From: an uncultured virus (IMG/VR IMGVR_UViG_3300020042_013559)
Lineage: Duplodnaviria; Heunggongvirae; Uroviricota; Caudoviricetes
DNA: 64,000 nt
Direction: 5' to 3' (one strand)
IMG/VR virus record: IMGVR_UViG_3300020042_013559
Below are positions 17,217-27,399 of this stretch, piece after piece; position 1 is the stretch's first letter, and every line of letters begins with the position of its first letter. The position numbers and the translations under genes were made by a program. A model generated the notes under the pieces. It saw nothing but the letters and a program-made list of their open reading frames with translations. It made no database searches and was not told the origin of the DNA.

Positions 17217-18179
17217 ATGAATCAACAACAAATGGCTTGGCAGACCATAAGACTGAACAAGAGATTCGGTTTAAGAAAAGACCGAATCACGCAGAGTAAA
17301 ATTGACAGATACATAGAGACACACAAACCTAATGACAGGATTCGCACTTTCGTAACGAATCTTCATTTGAATGAACAAGTGCTAGCAAGGAAAACAAACA
17401 CTTCAATCAAAGCTACGCGAAGGTTTGTGCCGTGGCTGGTTCAGAGTGTGTTGGATAATGAACCCAGAATTGGCAAACCCATCACCAATCCTGACCTGAT
17501 TCGTTACAGGAACAGATTGCGTATGGGAAACCATCTGACCACCAATGTGAAAGGAAAGTTTGTCAGCGATGGCAAGCTGGCAATTCATGACAGAATAAAA
17601 GAACTGATGTTGCAACCTGAAAGCCCAAAAGAAGGTGTGGTGGCTACTCTTGCATATCAATTCAGTCTTGAGTCGAAATTGATACAAGAAAAAGAATTGA
17701 AAAACATCATGTTCCATAGTTATGAATATCCGTATAAGAAGAAGGTGAAAATCACCCGATACAACAAAATCTATCGGATTCAGCAACGCATGCTTCTTTC
17801 CAACAAAAAACTTGGTCAAAGATGCGTAGCGTTTTTCTCCAACATTAATGAGGTGTTGCACCATGAAACACAGGACAGGTTCGCCCACCTTTTCCTTGAT
17901 TATTGTGGAAGCATCACCACCAATCAAAAAACCTTGGAACATGCATTGGAAAACAAGCTGGTGAAAAAAGGTGGATTGATTTGGGTTACACTTTGCAGTC
18001 GCAGTTGTGCGGGTGATCGTGTGACAAAACAACTACCCCTTATTGCCGAGCGTTTCAGCAACGATTATCAGGTGCAAATCATCCGTAATCATAAATTGTT
18101 CCGATACATAAGCAAGATGGACAAACGCAAAAAACGAGGAAAGACCATGTTCACCATGATCTTCCGTCGAATCAAATAA
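17217..18179 (+). CDS. Hypothetical protein with a possible degenerate class I SAM-methyltransferase C-terminal fold
   Basis: FAHLFLDYCG...LVKKGGLIWVT pattern; no clear GxG motif I. Confidence 0.5.
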   Translation: MNQQQMAWQTIRLNKRFGLRKDRITQSKIDRYIETHKPNDRIRTFVTNLHLNEQVLARKTNTSIKATRRFVPWLVQSVLDNEPRIGKPITNPDLIRYRNRLRMGNHLTTNVKGKFVSDGKLAIHDRIKELMLQPESPKEGVVATLAYQFSLESKLIQEKELKNIMFHSYEYPYKKKVKITRYNKIYRIQQRMLLSNKKLGQRCVAFFSNINEVLHHETQDRFAHLFLDYCGSITTNQKTLEHALENKLVKKGGLIWVTLCSRSCAGDRVTKQLPLIAERFSNDYQVQIIRNHKLFRYISKMDKRKKRGKTMFTMIFRRIK

Positions 18180-18258
18180 TTGGTTAGGGAAGGAAAGTGG
18201 GGAGGATACTAACCCATTTTTCTTGACATTTTGCAAATTATTCGGCATAAAAACACAC

Positions 18259-18630
18259 ATGAAAGTTGTTCTGTTCCTGAAAGATGATAAACAAGAATGT
18301 GTATACATATCTGAAGAGGGTGGAGTGGCTTGTGCTCATTTTAATGGGGATATGATCATTTCAGAATATTATCAGGACAGATTGTCAAAAAAAGATTTGC
18401 AGAATAATGATCTTACCATATGGGAAATATTGGGCGAAGGTAAAATGTATGGCACTGAATGGGAAAATAAAACCAAGATTGATCAGGAAATATTAGAAGA
18501 TTTAAGAAAATCATTGGTTGATGATGAAGATGAAATTAAGGAATATCATTTGAATTGGCAAGATATGGAAAAGGATGAAGGAGATTATCCATTCCTGCAA
18601 ACATTCCTGCAAACATTTTTAACATCTTGA
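18259..18630 (+). CDS. Hypothetical acidic protein
   Basis: ORF after a TTGACA promoter. Confidence 0.55.
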   Translation: MKVVLFLKDDKQECVYISEEGGVACAHFNGDMIISEYYQDRLSKKDLQNNDLTIWEILGEGKMYGTEWENKTKIDQEILEDLRKSLVDDEDEIKEYHLNWQDMEKDEGDYPFLQTFLQTFLTS

Positions 18631-18662
18631 CATTCTTTCAAAAATAATCTATAAAAAACAAT

Positions 18663-19067
18663 ATGACAAACAAAGAACTGCTACAACTATTATCAGGTTT
18701 GAAAATCAAAAGAATCACTGTGCAATATAGCGGAAGCGGTGATAGTGGTCAGACTGATGATATTGATGTTGAACCCAGTGGTAGAGCAAATCTTTTGGAT
18801 GAAAACTTTGATGATAAAGAGACTATTCGTGAAGCATTGGATAGGATTTGTTGGAGTGCTATTGAAGATCAACACGACGGATTTTACAACAATGAAGGTG
18901 GGTTTGGTGAATTGGTAATTGATGTGCTTGAGAAAACTATTCAACTGAATCATACCAATTATATTCAAGAAACTGATTATCATGAACATACCATATATGA
19001 TGCGAAAGATGATGAACCTGCACCTGCACCTGATAAGAAAAAGAAAGTTAAAAGGAATCCTGTTTAA
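18663..19067 (+). CDS. DUF6878-like protein
   Basis: V.YSGSGDSG ... GFYNNEGGFG motifs. Confidence 0.7.
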   Translation: MTNKELLQLLSGLKIKRITVQYSGSGDSGQTDDIDVEPSGRANLLDENFDDKETIREALDRICWSAIEDQHDGFYNNEGGFGELVIDVLEKTIQLNHTNYIQETDYHEHTIYDAKDDEPAPAPDKKKKVKRNPV

Positions 19068-19435
19068 TGGCTAATCCTTACCATCACTCTGTCAGTAGCT
19101 CCCGCAAATACGGAGGCAAGCCAGAGGACTATCAACATATCCATGACTGGTTTGATGAAAGTAAAATGATGATGGCAGACTTTCGCCATCGTGCTTTGCG
19201 TCATCATGCCGAGGGCATCTTTATGTGTGAAAGAATCTTTGGTCATACCATCAAGAATAGCGATGGTCGGGTGATTCCTGTTCGTTGGATTGGCGAACAA
19301 CATGTGAAGGAGGACTTGGGTCGTATTCCCAGTATCCAAGACTGGTATAGCCAGATTCGTCCCCTACGCTGGATGGGTGAACCTCCTGTGAAGCTGGAGA
19401 AGGAACTGGAGAAGCAACAACAACAGGATAAGTAA
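19067..19435 (+). CDS. DUF6915-like His-rich protein
   Basis: MANPYHHS.SS..KYGG.PEDY..IH.WFD.SK....DFRHRALRHH.EGI; usually paired with the upstream family. Confidence 0.75.
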   Translation: MANPYHHSVSSSRKYGGKPEDYQHIHDWFDESKMMMADFRHRALRHHAEGIFMCERIFGHTIKNSDGRVIPVRWIGEQHVKEDLGRIPSIQDWYSQIRPLRWMGEPPVKLEKELEKQQQQDK

Positions 19436-19550
19436 CAGGATAAGAATGAATTGTGAATTGATTAAATTAAAATATAAAATCTTTTTGACACGATTGGAAA
19501 TTGAGTTTGTTACCATTAAATTATTCCTAGCCAGCATGTTCTGCTGATAT

Positions 19551-19621
19551 TGCCGGATGGTGTAAGGGTAACACTGGTGACTTTGGATCACCCTTTCTAG
19601 GTTCGAATCCTAGTCCGGCAG
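19551..19621 (+). tRNA. tRNA-Gln(TTG)
   Basis: TGCCGGA/TCCGGCA acceptor; loop CT-TTG-GA. Confidence 0.93.
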
Positions 19622-19874
19622 TTGAAGATCAACTATTTGCAGAAACTTAAAGTTGCATTTCTGCAACTCATTCAATCCAAAGGACTTGCAAAAACGACAT
19701 TACCGAAAAATAAGTCTTTAAGTTTCAACGACTTATATAGTCTATCCAATAGATTAAACTCATGCCCATTAGCATTCCCAAGCATAATACGCACCACCAC
19801 TTCATGCATATTGAAAGTTTGTTTTTCATGGTGTTATTAATAAAGAATTTTTTAATAAATGTCAACTCTATTTT

Positions 19875-20084
19875 TCAACCCCTACGATATTCAGGCAAAG
19901 TTCCCTCGTTTGCTCTCTTTAAGCATCGTGGACAAGTTATCCTTTCGTCATCATTCTTTGACCATCCTACGGAAAGTGCTGGCCGCCTTCCGCACAATGC
20001 CATCCCTCCCCTAGTCGGGATCACGTGGGCAACAACGCCTCTGCCTAGGTGAGTTACTCTGTATAGTCTTTTGATCTTTTTCAT
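19875..20084 (-). CDS. Small Zn-finger-like protein
   Basis: H...ALCG...TCPRC. Confidence 0.55.
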   Translation of the reverse strand: MKKIKRLYRVTHLGRGVVAHVIPTRGGMALCGRRPALSVGWSKNDDERITCPRCLKRANEGTLPEYRRG

Positions 20085-20311
20085 TATATTAATTTGATAG
20101 TATTATACTTCGGAATGTTTTGCCTTTGTAATTGCATATCCACCAGGGTTCTCCATACATGTTTTCACCCTTGGGATATCTCACCTCTACCTTTTTAACA
20201 TCAATACATTCCCTTTTAAACACTACATATTCTTTTATTCTTTTTCCCCGACTATCCTTTTCCTCTGGCCAATCATAAGCAGGATCCTTTTTCCATGCTT
20301 TCTTTTTCATT

Positions 20312-20539
20312 TTAACAACCTTGGCATCCAACAAAATCACAATCACACTTTCTCTTGGCTTCTTGTGTATCATTTATAATTGCTTCCACTCTGTCCAATT
20401 TAAAACCGCATCCCAAAAGAAACTCTGCGAATCTTTCACAAATATCATCAAGCGTGATATGATTGGTTTCAAGAGTATTGGTTACCTCTTTTCCATTTTG
20501 ATCTGTGAATTTGTATGTAAATGTAAATTTTGTATTCAT
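20312..20539 (-). CDS. Phage hypothetical protein
   Basis: L.DI.E.F..FL.GCGF motif. Confidence 0.6.
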   Translation of the reverse strand: MNTKFTFTYKFTDQNGKEVTNTLETNHITLDDICERFAEFLLGCGFKLDRVEAIINDTQEAKRKCDCDFVGCQGC

Positions 20540-20973
20540 GTAAACTATTTAAGCTGTATTTTTGAATTGTCCATTTCACTGGTTTCATATCTTTTCTCCA
20601 GTTTTTCTATTTTACCCAACAATTCCATCAGATTCTCATTTGCAATCTGTTCCATCATAATCTTATGCCATTCGCCGTAGGTCATGATTCTTTCCTTTCT
20701 TTAAATAATGAATATCCCAATTCATCCAAAGCATTCCTATATGCATTCAAAAGATTGTTTGCTTCAATAGTGAAACGCGGTTCACTAAACTCTGCTTGTT
20801 CACTATTTGAATATATTTCGTAGGTCATTATAATCTCCGATAACTATAACGAACATGGCTCACATATACTTTACCTTTATATTCAAAGGTTACATAGTCT
20901 CCATGCATGTTCAGAAACCCTGCTTCATATCCATTCAAAAGCACCCAATTATCTTTTCCCACACAACCCAGCA

Positions 20974-21516
20974 TCATGCTGTTACCATCTTTTTATGGCT
21001 ATGCATGTTGTCCACGATTGCTTTTGCTTCAAGCAATGCATTCTCATAGCTGTATCCCCAGCTTCTATCCATATCCTCGTCATCTTTTTTTATAACATAT
21101 CCATAAACATTTCCGCTAATATAATCGGCATACGCTTTCACTTCACTGCGAAACGTATCTTTTACCTTTTCAATCAAATTTTTAGTTACCTTTTTCACAC
21201 CATACCAACTGCGGATTTTATTATAATCAGCATATATGCATCCCACCAATCCACTATCCCAACGGCAACTAAAGCCAGTGGTATTCATGGTGATACCGCT
21301 ATGATCGTAAAGGTAAAGAGGAAGAACAACAACATCTTTAATCTTTCCTGCCAACATGTTTAACACTTCATCTTTGTTTGCATTAACATCATCTCCTAAA
21401 TTGTACCTGCGGTGCTTGCAAAGCATTCGACCAAGATTGGCATCTTCCATTCTTGGATTGATGGGGTTATCGTCTTGCTCAATCAGTATTTCGTAACCTT
21501 TATAATCAGTTTTCAT
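20974..21516 (-). CDS. Phage hypothetical protein
   Basis: LPLYLYDHSGIT....FSCRWDSG.VG motif. Confidence 0.75.
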   Translation of the reverse strand: MKTDYKGYEILIEQDDNPINPRMEDANLGRMLCKHRRYNLGDDVNANKDEVLNMLAGKIKDVVVLPLYLYDHSGITMNTTGFSCRWDSGLVGCIYADYNKIRSWYGVKKVTKNLIEKVKDTFRSEVKAYADYISGNVYGYVIKKDDEDMDRSWGYSYENALLEAKAIVDNMHSHKKMVTA

Positions 21517-21670
21517 TTTTCATCCTCCCCATATTCTTTTGCCATAAGTTCCAAATCTTCACCATGAATAGTGGTGAAAAGCGGGTTATCCAACTTGTCC
21601 ATGAGCAGATCCAATTTATTTTTCATAAAATAGGTATTACCCAATTATTTGTTAAATGTAAAGCTTTATT

Positions 21671-22204
21671 TTAGCAACGACTGATAACGCCCTTCTCACT
21701 CTTCTTCTCATTGATACTCACACATTCCTGTAAATTCCTTGCCATGGTGATTGGACAACAATCTTTAAACAACTCAAAGTCAAAGTCTGCCACCATATTC
21801 ACATAGAATTTTCTGCCATCCATGTCACTTTTGTAACACCAATCTTTTTTGCCAGAATCGGGATATTCTCCAAATCCACGATAAACCTTCAGACTGCGAT
21901 GATCAAAGTCAAAGATATAGCTCCATTCACAAAACAAACCATCTTTATAGAATTTTTCACCATCCTGCAATACTGGTCGATCAAATGCCCAATCCATGTC
22001 AAACACACTTTTGTGACCTTCATAAGCACTTTCTTCCTGCACAAATTCTATTCTGCTGAAGAAACTCTTTAAAGTTTCCACATCATGAAGCAGACACTTT
22101 TCAAACACTTCCACGCCCAGACATGTAGGATAGCTGTCATGATGGTTATACCATCCCCTTATGTTTTTGTTCTTTTGGTATCCAACAAATCCACGTGTGC
22201 TCAT
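21671..22204 (-). CDS. Phage hypothetical protein
   Basis: MSTRG...YNH.DSYP..LG...FCEWSY motif. Confidence 0.7.
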   Translation of the reverse strand: MSTRGFVGYQKNKNIRGWYNHHDSYPTCLGVEVFEKCLLHDVETLKSFFSRIEFVQEESAYEGHKSVFDMDWAFDRPVLQDGEKFYKDGLFCEWSYIFDFDHRSLKVYRGFGEYPDSGKKDWCYKSDMDGRKFYVNMVADFDFELFKDCCPITMARNLQECVSINEKKSEKGVISRC

Positions 22205-22233
22205 ATTTTATCTCCTTTATATATTATGTTATG

Positions 22234-22707
22234 TTATGGTATCCTGAAACTTTGACCAGTAAAAGGATCGAAAATAACTTGTCCACTCACCAGCCGATTG
22301 CTTCCCCGATCAAAATTAAAATTGCTGTATGGACTTTTCACAAATCCATTACTTTGCACAATGCCAGAAGGAACATTTTCAGGATCATATGATCCACTAC
22401 TGGTTTGCATGTTGGCATATTGTTGAACAGGTTGTTGAACATATCTTGGCTGATATGCCATTTGTTGCTGTTGCTGTTGCTGATTGACCCGCATTGTTCC
22501 TGCCGCATTCAATGCACTTGCTCCCAGCAACGCACCTACCAGCTTGGCGTCGCTTCCGTTGCTGATCATAGGAGCAATCAAAGCTCCCAGCAAACCGCCC
22601 ATGGCAGTTTCGGTCGGCACTCCTGTTCCGCTACCAAAGCTGAATAGTTGAGCATTACAATTTTCAATATATCCTGCTAATAGCAATGTTAAGATTAATT
22701 TTTTCAT
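22234..22707 (-). CDS. Exported glycine-zipper protein with VKSPY...DPFTGQ.F.IP domain
   Basis: Signal peptide; GGLLGALI zipper; C-terminus related to the 7517 and 7926 proteins. Confidence 0.65.
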   Translation of the reverse strand: MKKLILTLLLAGYIENCNAQLFSFGSGTGVPTETAMGGLLGALIAPMISNGSDAKLVGALLGASALNAAGTMRVNQQQQQQQMAYQPRYVQQPVQQYANMQTSSGSYDPENVPSGIVQSNGFVKSPYSNFNFDRGSNRLVSGQVIFDPFTGQSFRIP

Positions 22708-22903
22708 GATTTATTTAATAAACAATTATTTGTTAAATGTCAAACCTTAATATCGCATCTTTCCAGAGTATTCATTTTGCCATCCAATCGTATAACGATT
22801 TTGGCAACTGCAAATCGGTGATTGTCGGTCAGATAAACTGCTCCGCCAGTTGTTTCGTGACGATACAATATTATGTTTTTCTTTTTTTGTTTTTTCATAA
22901 AAT

Positions 22904-23299
22904 TTAAAAAGTTGTTATTTTGAAATCCAAAGTGTTTTCCAATTCATTTTCACTTGGTTTATACCAAATGATATCCTTTTCAATATGGTGTGGAAAAAGG
23001 GTGTCAGGAACGCTGGTTGTGTTGCCCATCTTGTCGCTACATACCAACAACGCTTTTCCTGCAAATGGTTGGCTGAAAAGTTTATATTTAAAATATCTTT
23101 GTTCCTCGCTATTCTTCAACAAACCTTCATCATCCAATATCATGTCTAATGCATTCACCCCCACACCCAGTCGTGTAATGGTGATAAGATCACAACCTAG
23201 TGTGCTGTATAATTGTTCCAGATCAGTTCCAATTTTCACTTCACTCACTTTTTCAAGGAATGGATCAATCAATATGGCCCGCACGTTTTTATTTTTCAT
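22904..23299 (-). CDS. DUF3846-like protein
   Basis: AILIDP...L..LGC..I...DDEGLLK...AGKAL motif. Confidence 0.65.
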   Translation of the reverse strand: MKNKNVRAILIDPFLEKVSEVKIGTDLEQLYSTLGCDLITITRLGVGVNALDMILDDEGLLKNSEEQRYFKYKLFSQPFAGKALLVCSDKMGNTTSVPDTLFPHHIEKDIIWYKPSENELENTLDFKITTF

Positions 23300-23514
23300 A
23301 AAATAGGATTACCCAATTATTTCTTAAATGTAAAGCTAAATGTTTTATTTGTTTACCACAAAGCTTGTGTGTTCTTTTCCATCTTTAATGAAAGTTACCA
23401 AATCCCGTCCACTAAAGAAGTCTTCTTCAACATTCACAAATTCCACCTGACTTAAAGGAATCCATTCCTTATTATAACAAATATAGCTTTGAGTTTCTTT
23501 CCAAAAAGGTGCAT

Positions 23515-24147
23515 TCATTTGTTTTGACCTGCTTTAACCTGCATCATTTGTTCCTCCATCTCCTCTTGTTCCTCTTCATCATCAGTTATGCCCAGTTCAA
23601 TTTTAAGATCACTTGGCAACATTTTAACATCATCATAATATTCATCGTCAACTCTGCCATCATTAAAGAAGTGTTGCACTCCCATAAAAGCATATCCTTC
23701 ATCCAGATAAGCTAGTCGAATGGTTTGGTTTGACTTCATTGCTAGCGTTCGTAACGCATTTTCAGGAACGCTCCAAGCAGTTTGAAAGAATAAACCTTCA
23801 CAATCATCTTTCTTGTAGAACCTATTGTTGTAACTATTCCACTTGGTTCCCCAGTTTTGTATGCTCCAGTCATACCATCCGTCCACACCTGTTTCATTCA
23901 AACATTTTATTTTGTTTTCATTTTGCAACAATTTCCAAGCATCATCTTGTTTGGGTGTTCTTTTTTTCATTATCTGCTTGCAATCGCCAAACTTTAAACT
24001 TTCCAGAATGCAATCAGGCATTGGCACAATCTTGTTAAAATCCAAAAAAGATCCTTCAGCTTTGTTTCTGGAAAGATAGGGTTTCAGAATGCTTTTGATT
24101 TTGTTTCTGCCCACGATGCTTAACAAGTTGTCGGTATGATTAGGCAT
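23515..24147 (-). CDS. DUF1281/Api92-like ferredoxin-fold protein
   Basis: MPNH..N.L; DFNKIVPMP; WYDW...NWGTKWN; F.TAWS.P. Confidence 0.8.
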   Translation of the reverse strand: MPNHTDNLLSIVGRNKIKSILKPYLSRNKAEGSFLDFNKIVPMPDCILESLKFGDCKQIMKKRTPKQDDAWKLLQNENKIKCLNETGVDGWYDWSIQNWGTKWNSYNNRFYKKDDCEGLFFQTAWSVPENALRTLAMKSNQTIRLAYLDEGYAFMGVQHFFNDGRVDDEYYDDVKMLPSDLKIELGITDDEEEQEEMEEQMMQVKAGQNK

Positions 24148-24410
24148 TATAGTCCTCCTTGTTCATATCCAGCATTCTTTGATAGTTCTTTGCAAAGAAT
24201 TAGATATTTTGTAAAATTCTTTTCACACTCACCTTTCCATAGATTAAACATCATATGATTGGTGTCGCTACTGCTGATGCCACAACCTTCGCTCCAATTT
24301 TCAAGAAGACGATTGACTGCTCCCCGCCTGCAAATTTGTTGCACAGCAAGGTCTTGATTGTTCATCCAATCCATCCACCTTTTCCATTCAGTGTTAAAGC
24401 TGTATTTCAT
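24147..24410 (-). CDS. Hypothetical protein
   Basis: ORF after a promoter. Confidence 0.55.
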   Translation of the reverse strand: MKYSFNTEWKRWMDWMNNQDLAVQQICRRGAVNRLLENWSEGCGISSSDTNHMMFNLWKGECEKNFTKYLILCKELSKNAGYEQGGL

Positions 24411-24499
24411 AAAAGAATGTTTAACTTATTTTTAATAAAATGTAAAGAATATATTTTAAAAAAAGAATGGGGTTAGTATCCTCCCCCATTCAATAAGAG

Positions 24500-24985
24500 C
24501 TATCCCAGCACCTCCTCGATGCTTACTCCTGCCACTCGAACGCTACCTTTGATAACCTTGCTGGTCTTGCTTTTGATTTTGGCAAGAGCCAGTTCAGCAT
24601 CCTTCTTCGCCAGCTTCTCAGCGTCATCATCCAGTCGTTCTGCTTCATTCACGATGCTTTCAATAGTCACACCATTCAGCTTGTTTAATGCAACTGCCAG
24701 CAACCGCCAAGGTTTCGCCTGTTGCACACTCAATGTCTCGTGGTCTTCACCTTTAGTGAACCCGAAACGAATGCGAATGGTTTTGTCAATAATTCCTTCC
24801 ATATTTCTTTCAGGAATCATCGCCTTGATTTCATCTTTATCAGCAACACTGCTGAATGCTTTCCAAATCATATAGGTTTCAATCTCGCCTACATTTCGAG
24901 TGTTGTTGGAATGCACTTCACCAATGCCCTCGGTGATGTTGGGAAGGGGATTAATTTCACCCTCGGTCTTGATTCTTTTAGCCAT
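24500..24985 (-). CDS. Hypothetical protein
   Basis: AAAGGA SD before MAKRIK. Confidence 0.6.
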   Translation of the reverse strand: MAKRIKTEGEINPLPNITEGIGEVHSNNTRNVGEIETYMIWKAFSSVADKDEIKAMIPERNMEGIIDKTIRIRFGFTKGEDHETLSVQQAKPWRLLAVALNKLNGVTIESIVNEAERLDDDAEKLAKKDAELALAKIKSKTSKVIKGSVRVAGVSIEEVLG

Positions 24986-25317
24986 ATTATCCTTTCGATC
25001 TCCCATTCACATTCACCTTGGGTTTGGCTATCGCCGCTTCCTTTCGGTTTCTGTTCTTGTTTGATCTTTCGCAAATCTATCAAATTCTTTTCAAAATGTC
25101 AAACACCTTTTTTAAAAGAATGCTGTTCAGTAAAAAGGGTAGTGTTTTGCAAAAGGGTCTTGTTTGTAAAATGTCAAGCATTTCTTAAAGGGGGTAGTGT
25201 TTTAAAGAGGGTGGCATTAGAATCGCTAATACGCAAAAACAAATTTTTTTAAAAACCCGCTGCGCATGCCAACAATTTTTTAAAAATTTTTTTATATTTT
25301 TTTTATATATTTTTATA

Positions 25318-25554
25318 TTATTCGCCACCCCCACCCCCACCATCTCCACCTCCATCCCCTCCTCCTGCTCCATCTGACATGCCTGCATCTGTTGTTGCGT
25401 AATAACCGGGACCGTACCCGTAACCATATCCATACCCACCCCCTCTGCCTGTGGATGCTGGAAATTGCTGAAAACTGCTTCTTTTACTTTTGGTTTTTTT
25501 CTTTCTTTTTCTTCGTTTCTTTTTTTCCAAAATAAATTGATTATATGTTTTCAT
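25318..25554 (-). CDS. Small basic/Gly-rich protein with T4 capsid-targeting-like leader MKTYNQFILE
   Basis: Leader resembles the T4 internal-protein CTS (MKTYQEFIAE); KKKRRKRKKK tract. Confidence 0.55.
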   Translation of the reverse strand: MKTYNQFILEKKKRRKRKKKTKSKRSSFQQFPASTGRGGGYGYGYGYGPGYYATTDAGMSDGAGGGDGGGDGGGGGGE

Positions 25555-25581
25555 AACAGCACAAAACATTTTACGCTGTTA

Positions 25582-25872
25582 TTATTTACGCAGCATTCTA
25601 TCTTGTAGAATCTGTGACAATGTCTTTATATCTTCCTCTAAATTGGCTAAATGGGTTATAGCCATCTCATTGTATGGTGTTTGTCCGGTGGGTGTTTTGT
25701 CTAGCAGCTCAATTAAACCTTTGACTATATTATAGGCTTGTCCCAATTTGATTCTGATTTCATTGGATACATCTGCGGATTCTACATTTTCTTCCCTTAC
25801 CTCTTCCTTTACTTCCTCTTTCAACAATTCCATGTGCCGATAATAAAGCTCGTTAATTTTATCAATATCCAT
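25582..25872 (-). CDS. Late hypothetical protein
   Basis: TAAATA upstream. Confidence 0.6.
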   Translation of the reverse strand: MDIDKINELYYRHMELLKEEVKEEVREENVESADVSNEIRIKLGQAYNIVKGLIELLDKTPTGQTPYNEMAITHLANLEEDIKTLSQILQDRMLRK

Positions 25873-25913
25873 AATACTATTTACCCCCTTTTATATTATA
25901 TTTTTAATATCCC

Positions 25914-26243
25914 CTATTCGGGGCGTTCCCATATCGAATGTCTTATTTGACTTAATGACAAATAATGTTTCCAATCGCTCATAGTTTTTACCTGTTCAAA
26001 AATAGATTCGCTAACACCATATCCAGTGAATTCATTTCTAAATCCCATCCATTTGCCTCTTGTATTCAATGCCTGTTCAAATGTTATATCCCTTTCAAAA
26101 GGATATCCACTCTCTCGAAAAGCAAATTCCTTTTTGCTAGTTCCCATGTTCCAAGTATCGCCTTCTATATCTTTAAGAGTTAAAACTCCTTTTTTTAATA
26201 AAAACTCTATATATTCTATTTTAGTTGTGCCGTATATGTTCAT
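25914..26243 (-). CDS. Hypothetical protein, paralog of 28367-28708
   Basis: Shared ESGYPFE.DIT.EQALNTR.KWMGF...IRHSIWE. Confidence 0.7.
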   Translation of the reverse strand: MNIYGTTKIEYIEFLLKKGVLTLKDIEGDTWNMGTSKKEFAFRESGYPFERDITFEQALNTRGKWMGFRNEFTGYGVSESIFEQVKTMSDWKHYLSLSQIRHSIWERPE

Positions 26244-26437
26244 GTATCTCCTTTTTGTTTGTTTATTATTTCCAATATTATAATCCCAAATTCAATTCCA
26301 GTTGTAAGAGTTCATGCCACTCCTTTAGCATAGCATCCCTGCTTCCCCACGCCTTTTCTATACTTCTCTTCATGTCCTATCTTAAGGGGGTATAACTTTT
26401 AATCAATAATTTTTATCATTCCCGATAAATAAACTAT

Positions 26438-27394
26438 ATGGCAAACAAGACATTTTCTTTCAAAAATGTCATGACAAGTCGAGGTGTGGCAAGTACTTAC
26501 GATGGCAGAATAACACCTGTGTTTAATTATTTGAATGTTGTAACACAAACATATCCCAATGCAGTAACTGCAGAAAACTTCGCGGCTCGCCTTCAAACCT
26601 ATATCCGCTCGGTAAATGCTTCATACACGGCAAACAATGTGCTACTTGCCTCTTCGGTTTGCTCTGATGATGTGAACGGACCCATATTTCCCAATAAAAA
26701 CAATCTGGGTCAAATGCCCTTTTCCCTAAATGCTTTTCTTGGACCTTTTATGGCAGGAGGTTTGGATGGTTATCCTCATACAGGCACCACTGGTCTTTTG
26801 GCCTATGCCTCGCACATAACTTCTGATACGGGCGGTGCTCTGCTCATATATGTTGCGCCTCACATAGGTATTACAAAAGATGGTCAAGTTGGATATATGA
26901 GACGACGCGGACAAAATTACAACGATCTTTCTGCAACTTGTGGAGCGGCTGCCGCAGCTGCTGAATGGATTCGCACCAATGGTGTGGGGGGTCCTGCTCC
27001 AGTATTTCCCGGAACAGGATTGTTGGCCAATCCTGCCGACTATCAATTCTATACTCTAGTTAAGGCAATTTACGACAATGTTGGAGCACGAACAGCCATT
27101 TGCGCCACAGCAAACTTTGGAGAGCAAATGGTATTGGCAACAGAAGCTATTCGCAGTGCTGCTTATAATATAATCACAAGTCCTGTGGGAGGCACAAGCA
27201 CCTTTAAGCTTGCCTATGATAACGCTTTTGGCCAATCCACTCCCGATGTATTTCTAACTACAGGCACATTTATTAACGTGGATGATGGTTACAAAGCTTA
27301 TGCGGATGTCGCCAATTTCCTCAAATACAACCCCACCACGGGGTTGTTTGATGATTACACAACACAATTCAAACAAGAATTATATCCAGACTAA
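26438..27394 (+). CDS. LCIB/LCIC-family beta-carbonic-anhydrase-like protein 1
   Basis: SVCSDDVN; GPFMAGGLDGYPHTG.TG..AYASH; APHIGI...G..G...RRGQ; ATCGA (Cys/His/Cys Zn ligands). Confidence 0.8.
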   Translation: MANKTFSFKNVMTSRGVASTYDGRITPVFNYLNVVTQTYPNAVTAENFAARLQTYIRSVNASYTANNVLLASSVCSDDVNGPIFPNKNNLGQMPFSLNAFLGPFMAGGLDGYPHTGTTGLLAYASHITSDTGGALLIYVAPHIGITKDGQVGYMRRRGQNYNDLSATCGAAAAAAEWIRTNGVGGPAPVFPGTGLLANPADYQFYTLVKAIYDNVGARTAICATANFGEQMVLATEAIRSAAYNIITSPVGGTSTFKLAYDNAFGQSTPDVFLTTGTFINVDDGYKAYADVANFLKYNPTTGLFDDYTTQFKQELYPD

Positions 27395-27399
27395 AATTT

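Noticed and set aside
24990..25075. Riboswitch in the leader of the 24985 gene
   Set aside because: It has small GAAA-capped hairpins but no recognisable aptamer consensus; the evidence is too weak.
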